The notes beneath the pieces are model-generated. The model made no database searches and was not told where the DNA came from. It worked only from the letters and a program-made list of their open reading frames with translations. 64,000 nucleotides of DNA, taken from the NCBI GenBank assembly GCA_965221955.1, contig CBDCTA010000029.1, forward strand, positions 416,001 to 480,000. Direction: 5' to 3'. Of this stretch, positions 20,035 through 29,924 are shown one piece after another (positions within the stretch are counted from its first letter, which is position 1; each line of letters starts with the position of its first letter). Both the position numbers and the translations under genes were made by a program. This stretch comes from Gammaproteobacteria bacterium. GTDB lineage: Bacteria > Pseudomonadota > Gammaproteobacteria > UBA4575.

Positions 20035-21063
20035 TCAAATAACATTTGTAATCCGTTCAGCAGCATATTTAGCAACATCGATCGTATTTTTTCTTAACTT
20101 ATTAGAGGAAGAAATTAATTTCTCATCACTTATGTATAGAGCTTTATCTATTGCTTTTTCAATATTTTCCCATTCTAAATCTTTCGATTTCACTAGTAGC
20201 CCATATTCTTTTTCTTGTTCATTTATATATCCTCTACTCGTATTTGCAGCGTAAACTGCAGGAATTCCTAATATAACTGCTTCTGATGCCATTGTTGCGC
20301 TTTCACCAATAAAAGCTTTACATTGAGATAAAACATGATGAATATCAGAAACTTGACCGTTGTATTTAAATTTTTCTAGCTTTGGGGAAAGTTTTGATTC
20401 CGACGAAATTAAAACGTTACCCATTTTTGAAAGTTTGGATGCAATTTTTTCTATTGTTTTTTGACTTAGCCCTTTTTCACCAATATCGTGGTTTGCATTC
20501 CATGAAACTAGCCTAATAAAATAGTTATCAATCATGGGATCAATTCCGCTGTTAATTGCTATCTTTCTATTCGGTTTAAAGTATTTCGGGCTTAAATATG
20601 AAAGTTCATGATATCCTGAATATTTAATATTATTTTTTGGTAGCCAGCTTTCATAACATTTCGGAACAACAACCAATGATGCAAATGTATAAGAAATGTA
20701 ATTTTGAAATTTAGCATTTTCAGTGTCATAAAAGATAATTGAAGGCGTGTTGGTAAAGAAGCCAGCATGGGCAATAAATGTTCCGCCTATTGCTCCCAAA
20801 ACATCTGGTTTAAATTTTAAAATAATTTTTGATAGTAGATAGTCACGCTTGATTAACTCTTTTGCAAAAGCAAATATGTTTTTGTCATGTGAAGCAGAAG
20901 TTAATATTGTATGAGAAAAATCCAATGCGTCGAGAAGATCGGTTGCGTTGTCCTTTATTCTGCTAGTTATTAAAACCTCATGGCCTTGCTTTTCTAATAT
21001 TTTGATAGGGTTCTTGAAAAAATGTACATGAGCAGGATGCGTTATATCAATAAGTATGCGCAT
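20035..21063 (-). CDS. DUF354 family protein (predicted GT-B-fold glycosyltransferase-like)
   Basis: MRILIDITHPAHVHFFK, YDTE, YSGYHELSYL, ESATMASEAVILGIPA. Confidence 0.85.
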   Translation of the reverse strand: MRILIDITHPAHVHFFKNPIKILEKQGHEVLITSRIKDNATDLLDALDFSHTILTSASHDKNIFAFAKELIKRDYLLSKIILKFKPDVLGAIGGTFIAHAGFFTNTPSIIFYDTENAKFQNYISYTFASLVVVPKCYESWLPKNNIKYSGYHELSYLSPKYFKPNRKIAINSGIDPMIDNYFIRLVSWNANHDIGEKGLSQKTIEKIASKLSKMGNVLISSESKLSPKLEKFKYNGQVSDIHHVLSQCKAFIGESATMASEAVILGIPAVYAANTSRGYINEQEKEYGLLVKSKDLEWENIEKAIDKALYISDEKLISSSNKLRKNTIDVAKYAAERITNVI

Positions 21064-21073
21064 ACGTTTAGTA

Positions 21074-21937
21074 TTATTTGAGGTTTGTGTCTTTAAATAT
21101 TAAAGTAGTTATTTGTTCTGAGATAAGACCTATTAGAATTATTAGTAAAGAGGATAGTAATAACAGTGCGCTCATATTTGTGAAGCGATTGTAAGCTATA
21201 AATGTATATGCATAATATGTTAAGCCTACTGAGAATAAAAGAAAGCTAATGGGAAAGAAAATTTTCAAAGGCGAATAAAGAGTTCCAACTTTAAAAATAA
21301 TAATTAAGAAACGCAAGCCATCACGGCCGAGCTTTAAATGACTTTTCCCTGTCCGTTTGTTGGCAATAATAGGTATATATTTTATCGAATAGCCAGCACG
21401 GAAAAATGCCATTGTTATAGTAGTGGGATAAGAAAAACCATTTGGGAGAATATGAAGAAACTCTTTGAACTTCTTTGCGTTTACAGCTCTGAATCCTGAT
21501 GTTAGATCATCTACTTTGTGACCTACAATCAGGCTCGCGATAGCATTATAAAGCTTATTACCAACTAAGCGCCTTTTGCCAGCATGCGAATTTGTTGATC
21601 TAGCTCCAACCGCCATATCAGCACCATTTTTGATAGCTTCTAGTAGTTTTTTTATATCTTCAGGTTTATGTTGTCCGTCTGCATCCATATATACAAGTAT
21701 TTCATTGGTTGCCGTTCTAGCTCCCGTTTTCACAGCTGCGCCATTGCCAATATTATAAGGATGGGAAACAACCGTAACGTCAAAGTCTCTAGCTAATTTG
21801 GGTGTTTCATCAGTTGACCCATCATCGATTAGTAATATTTCAGCGTTAGGGTATTGAGATTTTAGCTTTGGGAGAAGTTTTATTAGGCCCTGCGCTTCAT
21901 TTTTTGATGGTATAACAATACTAATAGAGTCATTCAA
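21074..21937 (-). CDS. Glycosyltransferase family 2, DPM1-like polyprenol-phosphate glycosyltransferase with two C-terminal TM helices
   Basis: SIVIPSKNE, IDDGSTD, GNGAAVKTG, MDADGQH, DLTSGFRA; hydrophobic C-terminus. Confidence 0.88.
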   Translation of the reverse strand: MNDSISIVIPSKNEAQGLIKLLPKLKSQYPNAEILLIDDGSTDETPKLARDFDVTVVSHPYNIGNGAAVKTGARTATNEILVYMDADGQHKPEDIKKLLEAIKNGADMAVGARSTNSHAGKRRLVGNKLYNAIASLIVGHKVDDLTSGFRAVNAKKFKEFLHILPNGFSYPTTITMAFFRAGYSIKYIPIIANKRTGKSHLKLGRDGLRFLIIIFKVGTLYSPLKIFFPISFLLFSVGLTYYAYTFIAYNRFTNMSALLLLSSLLIILIGLISEQITTLIFKDTNLK

Positions 21938-23886
21938 TGTGAAATTCCTTTGGAAACATTATTTTTATGATTAACTATAAATTTACGGGTTTTATTTATT
22001 GAATGAGTATATCTTCCGTATTTATTAATTTTTTGCAAATTATTGACCTCGTTTAATGCATTATCGTAGTCATTATTGATAGCTAATAAATTTGCTAACT
22101 CAAGCTTATATATTATTCTTGATGGACTTTCTATTGATGCTTCTCTCATAAGGTTGATTGCAGTTTCTATATCATTTAATACGGATCTAAAATAACCTGA
22201 CATCATTGCCAGAACTTGCGCTTTATTTTTGCCCTTAAGTGTACTGTTTGATAATGCTATATACATGATATCTAAATAATCATTAGTGGTAATAATGCAT
22301 TTATTATGCATTATAAGCTTTGTAAATAATGTGAGGGCATTTACTGGCTCAGCTGTAAGTTTTGTCGTTTTAGTCTTGTATTTTATGATTTCTAATTCAT
22401 GTTTAGGAATTTCTTTATTATGCACACAAGAAAAAATGTTTATTGCAAGGGTGGGAGTGATTGTATTTGGTTGGAGTATCTCAGCATTTTCGTAATAGAT
22501 GATTCCTTCTCTATATAATTCATTCTTAGCTTTTATGTCCTCGGTATGATTATAAACGGATTGAAACACAGAGCCCATAATCATATTGGCGCGAGAAGAG
22601 TTAGGATGACGCTCCACATCAAATAACGCGAGTGTATATTCATTTTTCCACTGTGAAGCGCGCATAAAAGTTACTGTTGAGAGAGCTGAAACCCAAAGTA
22701 TCATTAGAAAATAAATATAACGTAATTTATTATTTGAGCTGGATAATTTAACAATCAATAAAACTAATGCAATTAAGATTCCAAAAGAGGGTAAATAATT
22801 TCTATGCTCAAATCTGAGTTCAAGTGGGAATATTGTAGATTCTAAAGCATGGCCTGCCAAGAACCACGAAATTCCAAAGCCAATGTATGGATGTCGTTGA
22901 TATGTGAGAATTGATACAAATATCAATGATAGTAAAAATATAATTGAAAGCAGTGTGCTTGACGGGTTGAATAATGATTTTGAAATATCAACTTCTTCTT
23001 TGATTAGCCCTAAATCAAATATATTAGGAATTATAATTGCTCTTAAATATTCAGTAATAATTCTTGGTTCAGTTAATAGTCTTTCTGTAAGAGTAAAATC
23101 TCGTATACTGTAATTTAGAAATCTTTCTGGCTGATAGAGCAAGTAACTAAAAAAGAATAGAGCAGGTAGGGCAACTATGAAAAAGTAGAATCCATATAGA
23201 TTTTTAACATCTTGCTTAGAAAAACATTTGAATCTGTATGCAAATAATTCTATACAAAATAAATAGAGGGGTATAAGCACCCCAATTTCTTTACTTAGGG
23301 TAGATAAAATTACAAGGATTAAAATTGGTATAAAATAAAACCACCTACTTTTTTTTTGCAGCATTTTTTGTCTTAGTATGCAGTAGGAAATTATTGCTAG
23401 TATCGAAAATAAGCTGGCTAAACTCGTCATTCTTTGTACTATATATAAGACGCTGGTGAGCTGAAGAGGATGTGTTAACCACATGGCCCCAACTAGTAAA
23501 CTAATAAGATTGATTTTTGCTTTTTCATCCTTGCTAAACCAATTTTGTATAATTAGTCTGGTTAAAATTGTAATTCCAATTCCGCATGAAATATGGATGA
23601 CAAGATTTGTGAGTTTCATTGGTCCAGGATTGAGACCAGTGAAATATGTATTTAGTGAAAAAGATAATATTGATAGTGGACGCTTAAATAACCCGCTTAC
23701 CCCGCTCCAAGCGCTATCCCACATAGCCATAGGATGTAGCGAATCTAGATGAAGCCTTAGGTTGTTAACGATATTTGGATAGTCGTCAAAGTGAAAATTA
23801 CCGTTAAGGCCAGGAAAATAGATTCCAATTGTCACTAAACACAGTGTCGAAAGTGATAGGAAAAATATTCGATTTGAAATAGCCAT
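21934..23886 (-). CDS. Polytopic GT-C membrane glycosyltransferase (TfpW/TMTC-like) with TPR-like C-terminus; candidate pilin glycosyltransferase
   Basis: First loop FHFDDYPNI (DD), RPLSILSF, HPLQLTSVLYIVQRM, SKE, EHRNYLP, then a soluble helical C-terminal domain; immediately follows pilA. Confidence 0.78.
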   Translation of the reverse strand: MAISNRIFFLSLSTLCLVTIGIYFPGLNGNFHFDDYPNIVNNLRLHLDSLHPMAMWDSAWSGVSGLFKRPLSILSFSLNTYFTGLNPGPMKLTNLVIHISCGIGITILTRLIIQNWFSKDEKAKINLISLLVGAMWLTHPLQLTSVLYIVQRMTSLASLFSILAIISYCILRQKMLQKKSRWFYFIPILILVILSTLSKEIGVLIPLYLFCIELFAYRFKCFSKQDVKNLYGFYFFIVALPALFFFSYLLYQPERFLNYSIRDFTLTERLLTEPRIITEYLRAIIIPNIFDLGLIKEEVDISKSLFNPSSTLLSIIFLLSLIFVSILTYQRHPYIGFGISWFLAGHALESTIFPLELRFEHRNYLPSFGILIALVLLIVKLSSSNNKLRYIYFLMILWVSALSTVTFMRASQWKNEYTLALFDVERHPNSSRANMIMGSVFQSVYNHTEDIKAKNELYREGIIYYENAEILQPNTITPTLAINIFSCVHNKEIPKHELEIIKYKTKTTKLTAEPVNALTLFTKLIMHNKCIITTNDYLDIMYIALSNSTLKGKNKAQVLAMMSGYFRSVLNDIETAINLMREASIESPSRIIYKLELANLLAINNDYDNALNEVNNLQKINKYGRYTHSINKTRKFIVNHKNNVSKGISH

Positions 23887-23892
23887 TTAGGT

Positions 23893-23928
23893 AAAAAAAA
23901 ACGCCCTACGATATCGCAGGGCGTTTTT
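23893..23928 (-). terminator. Intrinsic terminator after pilA
   Basis: AAAAAAAAACGCCCT-ACGATATCGC-AGGGCGTTTTT stem-loop with a U-tract on the minus strand. Confidence 0.85.
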
Positions 23929-23960
23929 CATATAAAATATAGTACAGTTAAACTATACTT

Positions 23961-24416
23961 TTATGTTCTGCAGTCTGCAGGTAAGTACTTGTTAGGAATT
24001 GCTGTGCCGCCTGAAGGTCGACAATCCCAGTCCATTGCTGCACCAGTTTCGGTACCAAGCAACTCTAGTTCTTGGTTGTTAGCAGTTGTGCCGCCCAAAT
24101 CCTTAATTGTGACACGTATAGTAGCTGTTGCAGGTGGTCCAGCAGTAGTAGCTTGTAAAACAACTGAATTTACATATTTAGTGTCAACGTCAGCTGAGAA
24201 ACCAGCTTCGGCTTCGTCATTCGGCATAACACCATTTGACATGAAAAATTCAGATACTGAAGTTTTCGCAGGGCTAGCAGCTAAAACAGCTTCAGATACT
24301 TTTGCACGAATAGTATAGTCTTGATATGCAGGGATCGCGATCGCTGCAAGAATACCAATGATCGCAACTACTATCATGAGTTCGATTAAGGTAAAACCTT
24401 GTTGTGTTTTTTTCAT
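23961..24416 (-). CDS. pilA: Type IVa major pilin
   Basis: Leader [34 protein letters not shown]; C-terminal disulfide loop WDC...ADCRT. Confidence 0.97.
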   Translation of the reverse strand: MKKTQQGFTLIELMIVVAIIGILAAIAIPAYQDYTIRAKVSEAVLAASPAKTSVSEFFMSNGVMPNDEAEAGFSADVDTKYVNSVVLQATTAGPPATATIRVTIKDLGGTTANNQELELLGTETGAAMDWDCRPSGGTAIPNKYLPADCRT

Positions 24417-24548
24417 GGGGAATCTCCTATCCTCATATAATTAAAAATTAAGTTGAACGTTAAATTTCCAGCTGTCCTTGCTAAAAGTCTTTAACGACTC
24501 CAACTCCGGAAATACTGGTGATCGACATAGCGACCTTGCTTAAATATA

Positions 24549-24564
24549 TACAGATATCATGCCA
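24549..24564 (-). promoter_or_regulatory. Probable sigma54 promoter of pilA (non-canonical -12)
   Basis: Minus strand TGGCAT-GATAT-CTGTA versus consensus TGGCAC-N5-TTGCA; pilSR lies adjacent. Confidence 0.6.
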
Positions 24565-24682
24565 AAATAGCTTGGCTTAGATAACTCTAATAAAAACAGT
24601 ATGTTTGATTTAACGCTTCATTCCAGGGGTTAGTTGATAGGCGGCAAATCCTGACGATTGGCTGGGCTTCAGTGTTCAAGAG

Positions 24683-24697
24683 TGACAAATTTTGTCA
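24683..24697. promoter_or_regulatory. Palindromic candidate PilR upstream activator site
   Basis: TGACAAA-T-TTTGTCA, about 120 bp upstream of the sigma54-like element. Confidence 0.55.
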
Positions 24698-24712
24698 GTT
24701 TGATGTGAGATA

Positions 24713-26074
24713 TTATTCTAATTCAAGTTTTTGCAGGCGATACCGCAGCTGTCTAAACGTAATTCCTAACAACTTTGCTGCAGCAGTTTTATTCCACCGT
24801 GTTTGCTCAAGTGCAGCAACGATAGCCTTTCTTTCTTTTTGAATTAGGTAGTCTTCTAACTGGTCAACAGAAAGGGAAATTGAAGATTCATCTGGGTTGT
24901 TTGCATCCGATTGTGCGGTGGACTCAATATTAGGCAAATCAATATCATTTGCGTTAATTTCGTGTCCATCACACAAGGTGGCAGCACGTTCTAAAATGTT
25001 CTCTAGTTCTCGTATATTTCCTGGAAATGCATAGGCTTGAAGTTTTTCAACCGCTTCTTCAGAAAGACTATAAGAATTCCCATTGCTAGAAGAAATTCGA
25101 TTTAACATGAAGTTCGCAAGAATGGGTAAATCTGTGATTCGTTCGCGTAATGGAGGTATGCTCAATTCAATAACGTTGATTCGATAATATAAATCTTGTC
25201 GAAAATTTCCAGCCTCAACCTCTGTTGCAAGGTCTTTGTGAGTTGCGCTAAGTAGACGAATATCGACGGGAATTTCTTTTTGAACACCAACAGGTTTAAT
25301 CGCTTTTTCTTGGATAGCACGTAGTAACTTAACTTGCATATGAATTGGTAGTTCTGCAATTTCATCTAAAAACAGAGTTCCTCCATTTGCCGCTTGGAAT
25401 AGTCCTTCTTTATCACTTACCGCACCAGTAAAACTCCCTTTAATATGCCCAAAAAATTCGCTTTCCATGAGTTCAGTTGGAATCGCACCGCAGTTAACGG
25501 GAACAAAATTCGCATTTGCGCGTGGACCTTGTTGATGGATTTGTGTTGCGACTAATTCTTTGCCAACTCCAGATTCTCCCCGTAAATAAACGGGCGCCTG
25601 GCTACGTGCTAACTTATCAATTTTTTGTCGTAACTCAAGCATTGCTTCAGATTCGCCAAGCAATTTTTGTGACTGTTTGCTTGTGCCATCACTCGATATG
25701 TCAATTGGCGTGCTCGAAACTTTTAATGCGCTATCGACAAGTCCGCGTAACATGTTTAAGTCAATCGGCTTAGACACAAAATCAAATGCGCCTGCTTTTA
25801 AGGCCTTAATGGCCGTTTCCATACTGCCAAAAGCGGTAATTACGGCGACTGGTATGTGTGGGAATTGAGTTTGTATATGCTCAACGAGTTCAATGCCGGT
25901 ACCATCTGGCAGCTTCATGTCTGTGAGGCATAAATCGAATGATTGATTATCAAGTAATGTTTTTGCTTCTCTCACATTCGCAGCAGCATGCGAATCTAAG
26001 TTCATGCGACTCAGAGTTATTTCTAGTAATTCTCGAATATCAGGCTCGTCATCAACGACTAATATATTTTTCAA
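24713..26074 (-). CDS. pilR: Sigma54-dependent response regulator PilR
   Basis: REC domain, GESGVGKE, ESEFFGHIKGSFTGA, FPGNIRELEN, Fis-type HTH TRWNKTAAAKLLGITFRQLRY. Confidence 0.95.
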   Translation of the reverse strand: MKNILVVDDEPDIRELLEITLSRMNLDSHAAANVREAKTLLDNQSFDLCLTDMKLPDGTGIELVEHIQTQFPHIPVAVITAFGSMETAIKALKAGAFDFVSKPIDLNMLRGLVDSALKVSSTPIDISSDGTSKQSQKLLGESEAMLELRQKIDKLARSQAPVYLRGESGVGKELVATQIHQQGPRANANFVPVNCGAIPTELMESEFFGHIKGSFTGAVSDKEGLFQAANGGTLFLDEIAELPIHMQVKLLRAIQEKAIKPVGVQKEIPVDIRLLSATHKDLATEVEAGNFRQDLYYRINVIELSIPPLRERITDLPILANFMLNRISSSNGNSYSLSEEAVEKLQAYAFPGNIRELENILERAATLCDGHEINANDIDLPNIESTAQSDANNPDESSISLSVDQLEDYLIQKERKAIVAALEQTRWNKTAAAKLLGITFRQLRYRLQKLELE

Positions 26075-27711
26075 GACTCAGATTCTCCTGCTTGATTAGA
26101 AGCTAAATTGACATCTGCAGGGAATTCTATTCTGAAGCAGTTGCCACCATCAGGCATAGTAATATAACGTAAATCCCCACCATTATTTTTACATAATTCT
26201 CTTGAAAGGTATAAACCGAGGCCTGTACCAGTATCACTGGTAGTGAAAAAAGGCTCAAACAATTGATTTTGATGTTCGATATCTATGCCTGGTCCATTAT
26301 CAATTACATCCAAGTAAGATTGAGAGTCAGCTTGATTTGCAATTGCGGATAGTTGTAGGCGAAACTCCCCATCATTGTTTCCATATTTTTTTGCATTTTT
26401 ACATAAGTTCCATAGCACTTGGTGTAAGTTATTTGGATCCATCATGATATTTGCCTCTGGAGGAGAAATTTTTAACGATACCCAATCATCATGTAGATCA
26501 TTAATGCGAGCAAACTCTTCGATAAATTTTCTAAGCCATTGGCTCAATTCAATTTTTTCTGGTTTAGGTTTCTCACGTCGAGATAAACGTAAGACATTAT
26601 TAATTATGGTATTCAAACGAATAGACTGGTCTTGAATAATCGTAGCAAGCCGTCTATCCGCTTTACGTAATTCGGATGATTCGTCTAGCAATTGAGCAGC
26701 ATGACTGATCGCGCCAAGTGGATTTCTAATTTCATGTGCAATACTCGCAGTAAGTCTTCCTAGAGAAGCCAATTTAGTTTCCTGTACTTGTTTGTCGACT
26801 TCAGTATTGTCGTTTATGTAAATAACCGAGCCACGATCATGTTTACGCAATCCCACCGGTACAATACGCACTTGTAAGTCTGCTAAGTTAGGGCGTTTAA
26901 GTTTACCTAAATGATTTCTAAACTCTGGGCTATTGGAAGCTTTCTTCCATGATTTGTATAAATCAAATAACGGTACTGAAATATCTAAAAGCTTAGTTTG
27001 GTTATTAATTTCTGGTTGATCTAATAATTTCCATGCGGCATGGTTATGCATACGAATAGTACTATCATCGTCAACCACCATAATTCCAGCATCCATTCGA
27101 TTGATTAAGTGCTCATTAAGTTTTGCTAAATTGGCTAAATCAATGCCTCGTTGTGCTGCAAGTTTTGCGCTTTCACTTGCACGATGTGCAAGAGTGATGG
27201 CTAATAAAGCAGTCGCAAAAAGAGCGGCACCCAGAAGACCAGCCTGCGTATACGCAGTTTTTTCAAATAACCCATGTAAATTTGCATAGATCTCATGGCC
27301 AAGAATCGCAAGTGTGGCGAGAGCAGCAAACAAAAGAGCAGTTCGGCCAGGTAAAAGCAGGCTACCACCTGCAACTACCGCAATCATTAAAGTGCCAAAA
27401 CCACTAGTTACACCTCCATATAAATTCATGAATGCAACAATAGCTATAATATCTATAACAATTGAGGCATAAACTTGTAACTTGTATGGCATCCACCTGA
27501 AATATGCGCAAATGAGCGCGAAGATAGAAAAAAGAAAATAACAACCACTGACCCATTTCAGTAATTCGGGATTTAATGAGGCAAGAAATTTTGATTTATT
27601 TATAAAGAGGCTGAGACTGAAAAAAATAATGGCTACGCCAATACGATAAAGAGAAAATAACCGGAGTGCAGGCCACTGTTGAATAGTTTTTTCTTCTTGG
27701 GAGACATTCAT
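26071..27711 (-). CDS. pilS: Sensor histidine kinase PilS
   Basis: About 6 N-terminal TM helices, PAS-like region, H-box LGRLTASIAHEIRNPL, DNGPGI, FEPFFTT, GTGLGL. Confidence 0.94.
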   Translation of the reverse strand: MNVSQEEKTIQQWPALRLFSLYRIGVAIIFFSLSLFINKSKFLASLNPELLKWVSGCYFLFSIFALICAYFRWMPYKLQVYASIVIDIIAIVAFMNLYGGVTSGFGTLMIAVVAGGSLLLPGRTALLFAALATLAILGHEIYANLHGLFEKTAYTQAGLLGAALFATALLAITLAHRASESAKLAAQRGIDLANLAKLNEHLINRMDAGIMVVDDDSTIRMHNHAAWKLLDQPEINNQTKLLDISVPLFDLYKSWKKASNSPEFRNHLGKLKRPNLADLQVRIVPVGLRKHDRGSVIYINDNTEVDKQVQETKLASLGRLTASIAHEIRNPLGAISHAAQLLDESSELRKADRRLATIIQDQSIRLNTIINNVLRLSRREKPKPEKIELSQWLRKFIEEFARINDLHDDWVSLKISPPEANIMMDPNNLHQVLWNLCKNAKKYGNNDGEFRLQLSAIANQADSQSYLDVIDNGPGIDIEHQNQLFEPFFTTSDTGTGLGLYLSRELCKNNGGDLRYITMPDGGNCFRIEFPADVNLASNQAGESES

Positions 27712-27847
27712 CGCAGAATTAAATTAATTCACTCAGTGAATACAATTACTCATAGTTGATAAATCAAGCATACATCAGGTTTATTTGTATATGTGCTTAA
27801 ATTCCCCAGTATAATGAGGCAGTACAAAATAAGCATACACGTTAGAT

Positions 27848-29029
27848 ATGAATATACATGAATACCAGGCCAAAGCCTTATTTGTAGAAAATCAAATTCC
27901 CATCTTATCTTCACATTTGATTAAGTTAGGTGACGATGTGCAGTCTATCTGCGATGCAATTAAGCATCAATCCTGGATTGTGAAAGCACAAGTACATGCT
28001 GGAGGCCGTGGAAAAGCAGGTGGGATTAAGGTTGTTCAAGAACCTGATGAGCTCGCGAATACAGTTATTAAGATGTTAGGTACTTCTCTCATCACAAAAC
28101 AAACGGGTGATGTCGGTCTACCTATTAATTCAGTGTTACTTGAAGAAGTAACTTCAATTGAGCGTGAGTTCTATTTGGCTTTGTTGATTGATCGTGCCAG
28201 CAAACAACTTGCCTTAATAGCTTCGTCTGAAGGTGGTATGGATATCGAAGAAGTTGCTAAAAATTCTCCTGAAAAAATAATCACACATAATATCCATCCA
28301 GCGGCAGGTCTTCAGCAAAATCAAATACGAGATATCGCTTATGCGTTGCATTTAGGTAGCGCTCAAATGAAACAACTGTCTAATATTTTAAAAAATCTTG
28401 TTAAATTGTTTTTGGATAATGATTGTAGTTTAGTTGAAATTAATCCTTTAATTATAAATTCTAAAGGTGCCCTCATTGCTCTAGATGCAAAAATTAATCT
28501 AGATGATAACGCTTTATTTCGTCATCCGTCATTACAATCTTTTTATGATGAAACACAACAAAATCAAGTTGAAGCAACAGCAAAACAACTTGGACTGAAT
28601 TATATAAAACTTGACGGTAATATAGGTTGTATTGTCAATGGTGCAGGTTTAGCTATGGCAACAATGGATTTAGTTAAACATCATGGTGGCGAGCCAGCAA
28701 ACTTTCTAGACGTTGGGGGCGGCACAACCCAAGGGAAAGTTTCAGAGGCATTCAAGTTAGTCTCTAGTGATCCTTCGGTAAAGTCGATATTTGTAAATAT
28801 ATTTGGTGGCATCGTTCGATGTGACTTGATTGCACAAGGAATATTAGATGCTCTGAAAGAAATAGACGAGAATGATATTACTTTTGATATCCCTGTAGTT
28901 GTGCTTTTGCAAGGTACAAACGCTGTTGAAGGCAAAAAGTTACTAGAAAATAAATTGAATAGAATAATTCCTGTTGACAACCTCGCTGAAGGTGCGCAAC
29001 AAGCTATTTATTACGCCTCAGCCAAATAA
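27848..29029 (+). CDS. sucC: Succinyl-CoA synthetase beta subunit
   Basis: [44 protein letters not shown]. Confidence 0.97.
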   Translation: MNIHEYQAKALFVENQIPILSSHLIKLGDDVQSICDAIKHQSWIVKAQVHAGGRGKAGGIKVVQEPDELANTVIKMLGTSLITKQTGDVGLPINSVLLEEVTSIEREFYLALLIDRASKQLALIASSEGGMDIEEVAKNSPEKIITHNIHPAAGLQQNQIRDIAYALHLGSAQMKQLSNILKNLVKLFLDNDCSLVEINPLIINSKGALIALDAKINLDDNALFRHPSLQSFYDETQQNQVEATAKQLGLNYIKLDGNIGCIVNGAGLAMATMDLVKHHGGEPANFLDVGGGTTQGKVSEAFKLVSSDPSVKSIFVNIFGGIVRCDLIAQGILDALKEIDENDITFDIPVVVLLQGTNAVEGKKLLENKLNRIIPVDNLAEGAQQAIYYASAK

Positions 29030-29033
29030 TTTT

Positions 29034-29906
29034 ATGAGCATACTCGTTAATAAAAATACTAAGGTGCTTTGTCAAGGTTTGACAGGTAAACAAGGCAGTT
29101 TTCATACTCAGCAAGCATTAGATTATGGAACTCAAGTCGTGGCAGGTGTAACACCTGGGAAAGGTGGAACGTCATCGTTAGGTATACCTGTTTATGACAC
29201 AGTAAGTATTGCGCAAGCAAATCATCATATTGATGCGAGTGTGATTTATGTACCTGCAGCTTTTGCAGCAGACGCTATTTTAGAATCAGTTAATGCAGAA
29301 ATTAAACTTATTATTTGTATAACTGAAGGTATACCTGTTTTAGACATGGTTAAAGTGAACGCGGTATTAAATGATGGTACTTCGTTACTAATTGGTCCAA
29401 ATTGTCCGGGAATCATCACACCAAATGAATGCAAGATAGGGATCATGCCAGGCGATATCCATCGTTCTGGAAAAGTAGGTATTGTCTCACGTTCAGGAAC
29501 GCTTACGTATGTAGCTGTTAATCAAACCACTCAACAAGGATTAGGGCAATCAACATGTATAGGTATCGGAGGTGATCCGATTCATGGTTTAGATTTTATT
29601 GATTGTTTACAGATGTTTGAGGAAGATGAAGATACCGATGGAGTTATTATGGTAGGTGAAATAGGGGGAACTGCTGAAGAGCAAGCGGCGGAATATATTC
29701 AACAAAACGTCTCTAAGCCTATTGTTGCATATATTGCGGGTGTAACTGCACCTCCTGGTAAGCGCATGGGACATGCGGGAGCGATTATTAGTGGTGGTAA
29801 GGGCGCAGCAGAACAAAAATACCAAGCTCTAGATAAGGTGGGCGTGGTAACAGTGAGAACGCCTGCTGAGATCGGCAAACAAATGAGCAAGTTGTTAACA
29901 GCTTAA
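29034..29906 (+). CDS. sucD: Succinyl-CoA synthetase alpha subunit
   Basis: [11 protein letters not shown] start, [14 protein letters not shown], phospho-His motif RMGHAGA. Confidence 0.97.
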   Translation: MSILVNKNTKVLCQGLTGKQGSFHTQQALDYGTQVVAGVTPGKGGTSSLGIPVYDTVSIAQANHHIDASVIYVPAAFAADAILESVNAEIKLIICITEGIPVLDMVKVNAVLNDGTSLLIGPNCPGIITPNECKIGIMPGDIHRSGKVGIVSRSGTLTYVAVNQTTQQGLGQSTCIGIGGDPIHGLDFIDCLQMFEEDEDTDGVIMVGEIGGTAEEQAAEYIQQNVSKPIVAYIAGVTAPPGKRMGHAGAIISGGKGAAEQKYQALDKVGVVTVRTPAEIGKQMSKLLTA

Positions 29907-29924
29907 TTTAAAGTTCATTATTCT

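Noticed and set aside
24417-24540. Six GGA trinucleotides in the pilA leader as CsrA/RsmA sites, or a c-di-GMP riboswitch
   Set aside because: Only one fits ANGGA, two belong to the RBS region, and no GEMM consensus is present
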